IMG/VR virus record: IMGVR_UViG_3300032313_001465
Span: 84,582 to 148,581 of that record
Origin: a virus
DNA: 64,000 nt
Strand: one strand, 5' to 3'
Part shown: in pieces, positions 49,870 through 59,033 of the stretch
How the letters are laid out: the number at the start of each line of letters is the position of its first letter
Position numbering within the stretch: the first letter of the stretch is position 1
The notes under the pieces: generated by a model
What the model was told of the DNA's origin: nothing
The model's input: only the letters and a program-made list of their open reading frames with translations
The model's database searches: none
Position numbers and translations under genes: made by a program

Positions 49870-51333
49870 ATATATAAATTTCATATTACCACAATCCCAA
49901 ACCCTCCTAAATCCATTATCTAACATGTTTTGATATTCCGATTTTTCTGCATCAAATATATCTAATAATTTATTTAATTTGTGTTTTTGACATGACATCC
50001 TATTTAATATATTATTATTTTTCCAATATATGTAAGATGGAGATGTATTAGTATTAAATTCAAAACCTAATGTTTTATACAAATTCCCATCAAAAAACCT
50101 CCTATCAGCAAAACTCACAATATCTAAATTATCATTATTACTAATGAAATATTTAAATAATTTTGAGGCTCCTCCGACAACAGTAGTATTTAATTTATTA
50201 CAAAATCTAATCATTTCAAATTCATTTGAATTTTTCTTAAATCTATTTTTACCAAAAGTCATAATAGAAACTAATTCATTATTATAATACAATCCTAAAG
50301 AAACAGAAGCATGAGTATAACCTTGCATGTGATTTTCATTTAGAAATTTTCTAATTATAGTAGTATCTTCAATTTTATTAACTGTACATTTACGAGCATA
50401 TATTTTATCATCAAATACTCCCAATTTACTTAAAATTATAGATTGTATAATTGGTTTTTTAAAAATCCATTCATAATCTAAAATATGAATTAAATTAATC
50501 CCCACTTCATTACATTTTTCTGTTTTATATAAATGGTAATTTTTATATTTCCCCATAGATTCTGAATGCCAGTATACTCCATTTATTTCAATAGCTAAAT
50601 TATGTGACTTTATAAAAACATCAATTTCCTGTCTATTAGGTAATATATCTCTTCTATTTAAACATATATCTGAAGATAAAAGATGATTAGATAAGAAAAC
50701 TACCAATTCATCTTCAATTAAAGAGTATCCTTTATAATCAGAACACTTACATGATGGAAGATAACCATTACTTAAAAATACTTCAGTAACCTCAGAACAT
50801 TTATTACATTGAAATTTAAATTTATTCCTAAATAAATGATTTACTTTATTTTGCTCTAAATATTCTTTATCAAATAAAGGAACCATTCCGGATGTATTTT
50901 GATAGTTTATTAATTTTTCCCACTTTAAATTAACAAAATTTTTTCTATCATGTATTTGCCCTTTTAATTTTACAGATATCTTATCTGAAATATCTTTATT
51001 TTGAGATGCAAATACACACCCATATCTTTCAAAAACAGTATTGTTAGATTTATCTTTAAACTCTTTAACTAAAAATGGATTATTAACACCATATTTTTCA
51101 ATTAAATTATTTTTATATTTATCTTGTACTTCTTTAGATTTAAAGGCTATTTCATTCCCATATTTTTCTAAACATGTTTTTTTTCTTTTTTCCATCCACT
51201 CTCTATCAACTCCCTTATGTTGTTGAGCACATTTTTTAGTACAAAAATCTCTAGCAGATGAGGGTCGAGTTTCAAACATAACGGAACAATGTTTACATGT
51301 ATTTTGAATTGGTGGTTTTTTTGGACGTGCCAT
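49849..51333 (-). CDS. Homing-endonuclease-like protein (Hef/Vsr-like), paralog of 38889
   Basis: KYG repeats; EIDVFIKSHNLAIEINGVYWH; YARKC; VWDCG. The only credible minus-strand gene. Confidence 0.75.
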   Translation of the reverse strand: MARPKKPPIQNTCKHCSVMFETRPSSARDFCTKKCAQQHKGVDREWMEKRKKTCLEKYGNEIAFKSKEVQDKYKNNLIEKYGVNNPFLVKEFKDKSNNTVFERYGCVFASQNKDISDKISVKLKGQIHDRKNFVNLKWEKLINYQNTSGMVPLFDKEYLEQNKVNHLFRNKFKFQCNKCSEVTEVFLSNGYLPSCKCSDYKGYSLIEDELVVFLSNHLLSSDICLNRRDILPNRQEIDVFIKSHNLAIEINGVYWHSESMGKYKNYHLYKTEKCNEVGINLIHILDYEWIFKKPIIQSIILSKLGVFDDKIYARKCTVNKIEDTTIIRKFLNENHMQGYTHASVSLGLYYNNELVSIMTFGKNRFKKNSNEFEMIRFCNKLNTTVVGGASKLFKYFISNNDNLDIVSFADRRFFDGNLYKTLGFEFNTNTSPSYIYWKNNNILNRMSCQKHKLNKLLDIFDAEKSEYQNMLDNGFRRVWDCGNMKFIYKKREPK

Positions 51334-51362
51334 ATGGTTTAGGTTTAAATGATGTTACGTTG

Positions 51363-51370
51363 ATAAATAT
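51363..51370 (-). promoter_or_regulatory. ATATTTAT motif on the minus strand
   Basis: About 30 nt upstream of the minus-strand start codon at 51333. Confidence 0.55.
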
Positions 51371-51401
51371 ACGAAAAATTCCTTAGAAATCAAAACTAAT
51401 T

Positions 51402-51414
51402 ATATTTATAATAA
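51402..51414 (+). promoter_or_regulatory. ATATTTATAATAA putative late promoter
   Basis: Upstream of the tail tube gene. Confidence 0.6.
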
Positions 51415-51426
51415 AAACACAAAACT

Positions 51427-51915
51427 ATGGCAGTATTAAACCCAAATGAAATATTCTTTACGGCATTCGAGCCTAAACAGCAAAATAGGTTTATTATGTA
51501 TGTTGATGGTATTCCATCATATACTATTAAAGGAATAAGCGCAATTACTTTAACTCAAGACGAAGTAGTATTAAATCACATTAACATTTTACGTAAAGTA
51601 AAAGGAAAATCAAAATGGAGTAACATCACAATGACTCTTTTTGATCCAATCACACCTTCCGGAGCTCAAGCAGTAATGGAATGGGTACGTTTACATCACG
51701 AATCAGTAACTGGTAGAGATGGTTATTCTGACTTTTATAAGAAAGATTTAACTATGAACGTATTAGGTCCAGTAGGTGATATCGTAAGTGAATGGATTAT
51801 TAAAGGCGCTTTAATTGTAAATGCCAACTTTGGTGAGTATAGCTGGGATAATGAATCTGCAGCACAAAACTTAACACTGGAAGTCGCAATGGATTATTGT
51901 GTGCTCAATTATTGA
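51427..51915 (+). CDS. Tail tube protein (gp19-like)
   Basis: EPKQQNRF, WSNITMTLFDPI, YKKDLT...GP.G...EW...GA. Confidence 0.88.
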   Translation: MAVLNPNEIFFTAFEPKQQNRFIMYVDGIPSYTIKGISAITLTQDEVVLNHINILRKVKGKSKWSNITMTLFDPITPSGAQAVMEWVRLHHESVTGRDGYSDFYKKDLTMNVLGPVGDIVSEWIIKGALIVNANFGEYSWDNESAAQNLTLEVAMDYCVLNY

Positions 51916-51945
51916 TATATATTTATATACAAATCTACAATTATT

Positions 51946-51978
51946 ATCCTCCTTTCTGAAAAGATAGGAGGATTTTTT
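51946..51978 (+). terminator. Intrinsic terminator
   Basis: atcctcct...aggaggat stem followed by a T run. Confidence 0.75.
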
Positions 51979-52021
51979 ATCAAAAGTAATATCTGTATAT
52001 ATTTATAATAAAATAAAATCT

Positions 52022-52780
52022 ATGTCAAACGAAGTTACAAACAAATCCCCATTCCCAACTGAAATAGTTGAATTACCTTCTAAAGGTTTAGTCTATCCAT
52101 CAACAAATCCGCTTTCAAGTGGAAAAATTGAAATGAGATACATGACTGCAGCCCATGAAGATATTTTAACAAATCAAAGTTACATTCAAAATGGTACAGT
52201 TTTGGATAAATTAATTGAATCCCTTATAGTATCAAAGATTAATTATGGGGATATTATAGTTGGTGATAAAAATGCATTATTAATAGCAGCCCGTGTTTTA
52301 GGATATGGAAAAGATTATGAATTTACTTACAAAGGAGAAAATGTAACTGTAGATTTAAGTACATTAGAACCTAAACCTATTGATGAAAGTTTATTCACTC
52401 CTGGTAAAAATGAATTTGAATATGAATTACCATCATCAGGTACTAAAATTACTTTTAAGTTATTAACACATAGTGATGAAAATAAAATAAATCAAGAACT
52501 TCAGGGATTAAAGAAAATCAATAAAAATGCTTCACCAGAATCATCTACTAGGTTTAAATACATGATTACCTCAGTTAATGGAGATAGTACAACAAAAACA
52601 ATTAGAGAATTTGTTGATAATTATTTTTTAGCTAAAGATACTAGATCACTTCGAGAATATATTAAGTTAATTCAACCAGATATCGATATGAAATTTGATT
52701 TTGAAGGTCCAAATGGCTTAGAGGAGGGCTTAACGATCCCTATGGGGATTAGCTTTTTTTGGCCTGACGCAAGAATATAG
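52022..52780 (+). CDS. Tail/baseplate assembly chaperone (gp26-like)
   Basis: VELPSKG, MTAAHEDIL, ends ISFFWPD; lies between tube and tape measure genes. Confidence 0.7.
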   Translation: MSNEVTNKSPFPTEIVELPSKGLVYPSTNPLSSGKIEMRYMTAAHEDILTNQSYIQNGTVLDKLIESLIVSKINYGDIIVGDKNALLIAARVLGYGKDYEFTYKGENVTVDLSTLEPKPIDESLFTPGKNEFEYELPSSGTKITFKLLTHSDENKINQELQGLKKINKNASPESSTRFKYMITSVNGDSTTKTIREFVDNYFLAKDTRSLREYIKLIQPDIDMKFDFEGPNGLEEGLTIPMGISFFWPDARI

Positions 52781-53054
52781 ACTTCATTTATTTTCTCAAA
52801 TTCATGAAATAGTATTTCATGGAAATGGTGGCTATGATTGGGATACTATTTATAATATGCCTATTTGGTTACGAAAGTTTACATTTAATAAAATTAAAGA
52901 ATACTACGATAAACAAAATAAAAACCACCAAAACGAAGATTCATGGACTAATAAATCAGGAGCAGCTGCTCAAAACGCATCAAAAAATGTAAAAATACCT
53001 GATTTTATCAGTAAATCCCCACAAACATACCAAACTAAGGCATCGCGAAAGTGA
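52755..53054 (+). CDS. Probable frameshift extension of the tail chaperone (gp51/GT-like)
   Basis: The +1 frame is open from 52734: FFGLTQEYRLHLFSQIHEIVFHGNGGYDWDTIYNMPIWLRKF...; T7 run at 52754-52760. Confidence 0.6.
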   Translation, partial: FFGLTQEYRLHLFSQIHEIVFHGNGGYDWDTIYNMPIWLRKFTFNKIKEYYDKQNKNHQNEDSWTNKSGAAAQNASKNVKIPDFISKSPQTYQTKASRK

Positions 53055-53062
53055 TGCCTTTT
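53037..53062 (+). terminator. Intrinsic terminator-like hairpin
   Basis: aaggcatcgc-gaaa-gtgatgcctt followed by tt. Confidence 0.65.
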
Positions 53063-53089
53063 AATATTTATTATAAATACATTTATTAA

Positions 53090-55426
53090 ATGGCAGATCC
53101 TAAAGATAATCAAAATCAAGATACTTCAAAACTTCAAGAAACAATTAAATTTCAAAAAGAAGAAAATGATTTACTACGTAAAAGACTAACCCTTCAGGAA
53201 GAAGGATATTCTTTGTCAAGTTCATATTTAGAATCTTTAAAAGAGGTATTAGGAGTTAAAACTAAATTGACTACTTTTGAAAATGACATATATGGGATTA
53301 GTAAACAAATAAATAAATCTCTTCTTTCTCAAAAGGGAGAATATGACGATATTAAAGATTTAACCAAACAAATTAAATCGAATAAAGACTTAATAGCAAA
53401 ATCAACAATCTTAGAAAGAAATCTATCCAAAATAAGTAATGAAGAAAAAGTAAAAGCAGCTGCTAAAGAATTAAATAATATAAATAATTTTTATCATCAA
53501 AGACAAGAACTAATCCAAGGATTACAGGAAGAAAATGATTTAGAACAATTTCAATTAGATTTAATCCAACAAAGTATTAAAGAATTAAATGAAAAAATAA
53601 ATACTAGTGAAGAAAATTTCAATATATTAAATAAATCCTTAAGCGTTGAAGAACAGCAGCTTCTTTATTTACAGTTACAGACTAAAGAATTAGAAAAACA
53701 AAACGAAGAAAGAAAGGATGAAGAAAAATATCTCGAAGATTTAAATAGAAGAATGGGAGTAATAGGAGCCACCATGGCTGGGATTTCAAAAATTCCAATC
53801 ATCGGAAATCTTCCGGGAATAAGTACTGCTTTCGAAAAAGTCAAAACACAAATTAAAGAATTAGAAAAAGAAGAAAATAGAATTATTGGTAAAACTGAGG
53901 CTATGGGAATGGCCTTTAAGCATATTGGTAAGTCTATAAAAGAAAATCTACTTGATCCTACAGTACTTGTATCAGCGGCAGTAGGATTAATAGTAAAAGG
54001 ATTTTTATCATTAAACGAAGCCCAAACCGATTTTGGAAGAGAAACAGGAAGAACAGCAAGTAGGTGGGATGCTACAAGTACAAGTGTAACTACACTTTCT
54101 GATTATATTAAAACTGCTACTAATTTAACTAAACAATTAGGATTTCAAGCGGATTTAATTTTTACCTCTAAAACTCTACAAGAGGCAACTGAAATGGTTG
54201 AACTTATGGGAATGAGTAGTGAAGAGGCAGGTAAATTAGCTATGCTTTCTAAATTAAATGGAACTGAATTAAAAAAGGCAAATGAAAGTGTAATTAAAAC
54301 AGCGGGTAATTTTAATAAAACTAATAGAACAGCAATATCGCAAAAACAAATATTAAGTGATGTAGCCAATACCTCAAATGTTATTGCAGTTAATTTAGGA
54401 GGAAATGCTTCAAAAATTGCTCAAGCTAATTTAGAAGCAAGAAAGTTTGGTTTATCATTAGAAAAAGCAGATCAAATAGCAAGTTCATTACTAGATTTTG
54501 AATCATCTATCTCAGCAGAAATTGAAGCCGAATTATTAACTGGAAAAGATTTAAATCTTGAAAAGGCTAGATTATTAGCTTTAAATAATGATATGGCTGG
54601 ACTTACTAAAGAAATAGGCCAAAATCAAGATATAATAAATGCATATACATCAGGAAATAGGTTACAACAAGAAGCAATAGCTAAATCTGTTGGTTTACAA
54701 AAAGATGATATTGCTAAAATGATAATCGACCAAAAATCACAATTAGGATTAACAGATGAACAAGTACAAAAAGCATCTGGAATGAATGAAGAAGACTTCA
54801 AACGATTATCAGTTCAAGAAAGTATAAATAAATCAATTAGTAAAATGGGTGAAGCATTAGCGGGCCCATTAGAAATGTTAGCATCTATGGCTGAACATAC
54901 CGGGTTGATGAAAGCATTATTTGTAGGGATTGCAGGAATTATGACAGGAGCTATGTTAGTAGGATTAACAAAAAACATACTACAATTAGGGACAATGCTA
55001 GGTCTTAATTTAGCTAATGCGGCTGCTGCTACTGCAACCGCTGAAGCATCCACCTTAGGTTTAGCTACTCCTTTAATTATAGGAGGAATTGCACTAGTAA
55101 TGGGTGCAGTAATGGGAGCAGTAGGTACAGCAATGGCAATGAAAGATGGTGTTATTGATCCTAAAAAAGGCCCTATAGTTTCAGGAGAATTTGGTACAGT
55201 GCAATTAAATCCTAATGATCAAATAGTAGCAGGAACAGATTTAGCAGGTGATAAAAAGCCAAAAGGTGGTAAATCTCAACCTTCAATGGATATAACTCCT
55301 ATGGTACAAGAACTTCAAGCTGTAAAAGCTGTTTTAAATCAAATCCTAGCAAAAGATACTACAGTTAAAATGGATAGTAATAAAGTAGGACAAGCTCACA
55401 ATGTGGGAGCAGTTAAAGTTCAATAG
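53090..55426 (+). CDS. Tape measure protein
   Basis: Long helical coiled coil, Ala/Gly-rich hydrophobic C-terminal part; follows the chaperone. Confidence 0.8.
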   Translation: MADPKDNQNQDTSKLQETIKFQKEENDLLRKRLTLQEEGYSLSSSYLESLKEVLGVKTKLTTFENDIYGISKQINKSLLSQKGEYDDIKDLTKQIKSNKDLIAKSTILERNLSKISNEEKVKAAAKELNNINNFYHQRQELIQGLQEENDLEQFQLDLIQQSIKELNEKINTSEENFNILNKSLSVEEQQLLYLQLQTKELEKQNEERKDEEKYLEDLNRRMGVIGATMAGISKIPIIGNLPGISTAFEKVKTQIKELEKEENRIIGKTEAMGMAFKHIGKSIKENLLDPTVLVSAAVGLIVKGFLSLNEAQTDFGRETGRTASRWDATSTSVTTLSDYIKTATNLTKQLGFQADLIFTSKTLQEATEMVELMGMSSEEAGKLAMLSKLNGTELKKANESVIKTAGNFNKTNRTAISQKQILSDVANTSNVIAVNLGGNASKIAQANLEARKFGLSLEKADQIASSLLDFESSISAEIEAELLTGKDLNLEKARLLALNNDMAGLTKEIGQNQDIINAYTSGNRLQQEAIAKSVGLQKDDIAKMIIDQKSQLGLTDEQVQKASGMNEEDFKRLSVQESINKSISKMGEALAGPLEMLASMAEHTGLMKALFVGIAGIMTGAMLVGLTKNILQLGTMLGLNLANAAAATATAEASTLGLATPLIIGGIALVMGAVMGAVGTAMAMKDGVIDPKKGPIVSGEFGTVQLNPNDQIVAGTDLAGDKKPKGGKSQPSMDITPMVQELQAVKAVLNQILAKDTTVKMDSNKVGQAHNVGAVKVQ

Positions 55427-55462
55427 TATATAATATTTATAACAAACAAATAAAAACATAAC

Positions 55463-55750
55463 ATGGCACTTTTAGACAGATTAACATCAGGTCCCGGTTC
55501 TGTACTTTCAACAGGTAATGGAACAACACCCCCAACAAACGTAGGAGCAACTACATTATCAAAACTTCATGCTGATAATGATCAACCAGGATATTCATTA
55601 AATGGCGCAAATGCAGTCGACGTAAGAGCGGCATACAACGCTTATAACGACGGAGTTCCTAACTTGATACCAAACCCATCATTATTAGACTTAGACGGAA
55701 GAAGACCCGCTACTTACAGAGATACTGGCCCTATTGATGGACATTATTAA
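55463..55750 (+). CDS. Small tail-module protein
   Basis: ORF preceded by ATATTTATA at 55433. Confidence 0.5.
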   Translation: MALLDRLTSGPGSVLSTGNGTTPPTNVGATTLSKLHADNDQPGYSLNGANAVDVRAAYNAYNDGVPNLIPNPSLLDLDGRRPATYRDTGPIDGHY

Positions 55751-55759
55751 TAATTAAGT

Positions 55760-57676
55760 ATGCCTCTTTTAGATTTAAAAACAAACCTAAAATCCCTAAA
55801 ATATGGGAATGATAGGCCTGGAGGTGGTGATAGTGGGCAACCATATATCAAGAAACCTCTATATGCCGATCCCAACAAAATTCCTGTTGGTAATGGGGTG
55901 GTATTAGCTTCGATTCATACTCTTGAAGATATATCAAGGTTAACAAAAATGTTTTTTGATCTAAAATCTCCAAATGGCTATTTATTTACTTTAAATCAAA
56001 ATCTATTATCAAGAACTGGAGTTAAAACTCAAGCATCTGGTCTTTTAAATGACGGAGTATATTTACCAACAAGTACTTTAGCACAAGCCGGAGTTAGTGC
56101 AGCGGGTTTACATTTTAACAAACAAGGAATAAATCCGGTTCCTGGAACTTTTGGCTCTAGAACAACTTATTCTGATGTAGTTACTAATGATCAAGATAAT
56201 AATAATAATAGACTTTATGCTTTATATGAAACTAAAATGCAAACTGGATCATTGGGTGGATTTTCTAAAGTAACTAATGTAACATCTAAAGATGATCAAG
56301 TTAATCTTATATTATATCCGGGAGGCCCGGGCTCAGTATTAGGAGTAGGACCAACCCATATTAGATTTGCAGATCAAAGAACAGGTATTAATAATCCATA
56401 TTTTAAAGATAAAAAGGAGTTTTTTACTGGAGAATATATACCAGATGCTAGTAGAAACAAAACTTATTTTTCTTTAGGAACAAATATACCTGTTCCTGAA
56501 AATGATTATAATAACTTCCTTAGATTTACTAGATTTAATACACTTAATGCAAGTCCTACTTATGAAGATAATCAAATGTTAATTTATAATAAAATTTCAA
56601 ATGATATTACTAATATAGTAGGTAGAATTAAAAATTTTGATTACAGAAATAGTCCTAGTCCTAATTTCCCAAACAATACTCTAGTTTACACTCAAGAGAA
56701 TATCATATCGGCATCATTATCAATAAATGTAAGTAAAGATGCTCCTAGTTATACCCCAGAAATCCAAGATTTTAGAGTTCCATTAAGAACTAGCCTAAAG
56801 GGAAGATCTACAGTAATGTCAGATGCTCCTAATTATCAAACTCAAAATATTGAAACTCGAGTTAATATAGGAGGAACAAAGTCAAAACAAGGTCCTGGGC
56901 ATAAAGATTCTGATAAAAATTTATATTCATATACAAGCGGATCAGGAATAGGTCCAATAGATAGAATAAATCACTATCCTATATATTACAGTGATGAGGT
57001 CAGAAAAAATTATGAAGCTCCTATAAATGATTTAGTAAAATTTAGAATAGCATCAATTGATGCGGGTAAGCCTAATTATAAAACATTTATGCATTTTAGA
57101 GCATTTTTAAATTCAATTACTGATAATTATAGTGCTGATTGGAATTCATATAATTATGTGGGGAGAGGTGAAAAGTTTTATTCTTATGGTGGGTTTAATA
57201 GAACTTTATCTTTATCATGGACTGTAGCTGCTCAATCAAGAGAGGAATTATCCCCAATGTATAAAAAACTAAATTATCTAGCTTCAACATTAGCTCCTAG
57301 TTATAGTCCAAGTGGATACATGCGTGGGCCTTTAGTACAATTAACAATTGGAGGATATGTTTATGAACAAGTTGGATTCATAACTGGTTTAACATTTGAA
57401 ATTGGTGAGGATTCACCTTGGGAAATAGGAATTACAGATAAAGGAATTGACGAACCACTAAATAAATATGATAAAACTGTTAAAGAATTATGTCATTATA
57501 TTAAAGTAAGTAGTTTTAACTTTACACCAATTCATGATTTTGTACCTAAAACACAAGATATAGAAGATTGGGGTGGTACAAGTAGATTTATATCACTAGA
57601 TGATGGTTTAGGTAATAATCTATATGATATATTCCCCCCTAGTGAAGCTCAAAACATCAATGAAGTAAAGAAGTAA
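55760..57676 (+). CDS. Baseplate/tail tube initiator-like protein
   Basis: FRAFLNSITDNYSADW...YVGRGEKFYSYGGFNR...LTIG. Confidence 0.6.
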   Translation: MPLLDLKTNLKSLKYGNDRPGGGDSGQPYIKKPLYADPNKIPVGNGVVLASIHTLEDISRLTKMFFDLKSPNGYLFTLNQNLLSRTGVKTQASGLLNDGVYLPTSTLAQAGVSAAGLHFNKQGINPVPGTFGSRTTYSDVVTNDQDNNNNRLYALYETKMQTGSLGGFSKVTNVTSKDDQVNLILYPGGPGSVLGVGPTHIRFADQRTGINNPYFKDKKEFFTGEYIPDASRNKTYFSLGTNIPVPENDYNNFLRFTRFNTLNASPTYEDNQMLIYNKISNDITNIVGRIKNFDYRNSPSPNFPNNTLVYTQENIISASLSINVSKDAPSYTPEIQDFRVPLRTSLKGRSTVMSDAPNYQTQNIETRVNIGGTKSKQGPGHKDSDKNLYSYTSGSGIGPIDRINHYPIYYSDEVRKNYEAPINDLVKFRIASIDAGKPNYKTFMHFRAFLNSITDNYSADWNSYNYVGRGEKFYSYGGFNRTLSLSWTVAAQSREELSPMYKKLNYLASTLAPSYSPSGYMRGPLVQLTIGGYVYEQVGFITGLTFEIGEDSPWEIGITDKGIDEPLNKYDKTVKELCHYIKVSSFNFTPIHDFVPKTQDIEDWGGTSRFISLDDGLGNNLYDIFPPSEAQNINEVKK

Positions 57677-57685
57677 AAGTAAAAA

Positions 57686-57985
57686 ATGAATAGATATCAA
57701 GACATACCCCAAACAAAAATAGATGGTAAAGTAGTTTATAAAACTTCTCGCTATCCTGAAATTCCTTTGTCCCCTGATGATATTTATGTATATACAGTAC
57801 AAGGAGATAGGTTTGATATTTTAGCACAGCAGTTTTTCCAAGATAGTTCATTATGGTGGGTAATATCAATAGCAAATGCTAGTATTTTAAATCAAAGTTC
57901 ATTAGTTATCCCGGGAGGTATACAAATCCGAATTCCTGCCTCTTATATAGATGTTATAAGAAGTTTTAATTCAATAAATCAGTAG
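57686..57985 (+). CDS. LysM/tail-X-like baseplate protein
   Basis: GDRFDILAQQFFQDSSLWWVISIAN...GIQIRIP. Confidence 0.75.
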   Translation: MNRYQDIPQTKIDGKVVYKTSRYPEIPLSPDDIYVYTVQGDRFDILAQQFFQDSSLWWVISIANASILNQSSLVIPGGIQIRIPASYIDVIRSFNSINQ

Positions 57986-57987
57986 TT

Positions 57988-59031
57988 ATGAATATTGTAG
58001 GAGAAAATTTTCCAAAAGAAATAGTAGATCAAATAAATCTAAGGCAAACTAAATTAGGTTCATTACATAGAGATAATGAGTTATTAAGTTGGATGAATTC
58101 TAAAACAGGATGGGTAAGATTGGTTTCATCTGTAGATGTTAATCAAGAAATCAACCCCAGAAAAGTTTTAGATGGATTAAGAGGGGACGGAGAATCAGCA
58201 TTAGCTGAACAATATGTTTTATTCGGAGGAGTTACTAAATATACTCCAAATGTAACAGAAGGAGCAACAGTAAAACAAAGATCCGGAATCGCAAGAGAAG
58301 ATGGTTCCGTCCATAATATGGGAGCGTATGGATTAGGAGGTTTAGATTATGGACTAAGTCCAATGCCGGGTATAGTAAGTGCAAATATAAAAACAGAAAA
58401 TAGAGGATCATTAAGAACTTCCACAATTAATATAAAAGCATATAATCGAAAACAATTTGATATTATTGATTTATTATATCTTAGATTAGGATATACAGTT
58501 TTGTTAGAGTGGGGACATAGTATGTTTTACACTAATAGTGGAGAATTTCAAAAAGATGTTGATGGTAAGGCTACTTTAGAAAGTTTATTTTTAACAGGTA
58601 AAGATAAAAATGGAGCCTCTATAAACTATAATTCTTTATTACCCTTAATAGATAAAAGAAGAAAACAACTTTTTGGTAATTATGATGCAGTTTTAGGAAA
58701 AGTTGTGAATTATAGTTGGACTATAAATAAAGATTTAAGCTATGATATAACATTAACTGTTAGAAGTGTTGGAGATGTTATTGAATCACTCAAAATGAAT
58801 ACTTCTTTAGGAGGAACAATAGGTATTAATACAACCAAAGATGATACAACTGAAAGTTCAACTACTCCTAAAACTGATAGAGAAGCAATCGAAGCATTTA
58901 AAAAGAAAACCAAAATAGGAGAATATTTTTATTCTTTAATAGATGGTCAAGATAATGAATATGATATTGATTTTATATCCCCACCTTCTACCCCACCCAA
59001 TAATCAAGTTTCTACTCCAAAAACCAAATAA
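57988..59031 (+). CDS. Baseplate hub-like protein, N-terminal part
   Basis: PMPGI...GSLR...LYLRLGYTVLLEWG...NYDAVLGKVVNYSW. Confidence 0.55.
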   Translation: MNIVGENFPKEIVDQINLRQTKLGSLHRDNELLSWMNSKTGWVRLVSSVDVNQEINPRKVLDGLRGDGESALAEQYVLFGGVTKYTPNVTEGATVKQRSGIAREDGSVHNMGAYGLGGLDYGLSPMPGIVSANIKTENRGSLRTSTINIKAYNRKQFDIIDLLYLRLGYTVLLEWGHSMFYTNSGEFQKDVDGKATLESLFLTGKDKNGASINYNSLLPLIDKRRKQLFGNYDAVLGKVVNYSWTINKDLSYDITLTVRSVGDVIESLKMNTSLGGTIGINTTKDDTTESSTTPKTDREAIEAFKKKTKIGEYFYSLIDGQDNEYDIDFISPPSTPPNNQVSTPKTK

Positions 59032-59033
59032 AT

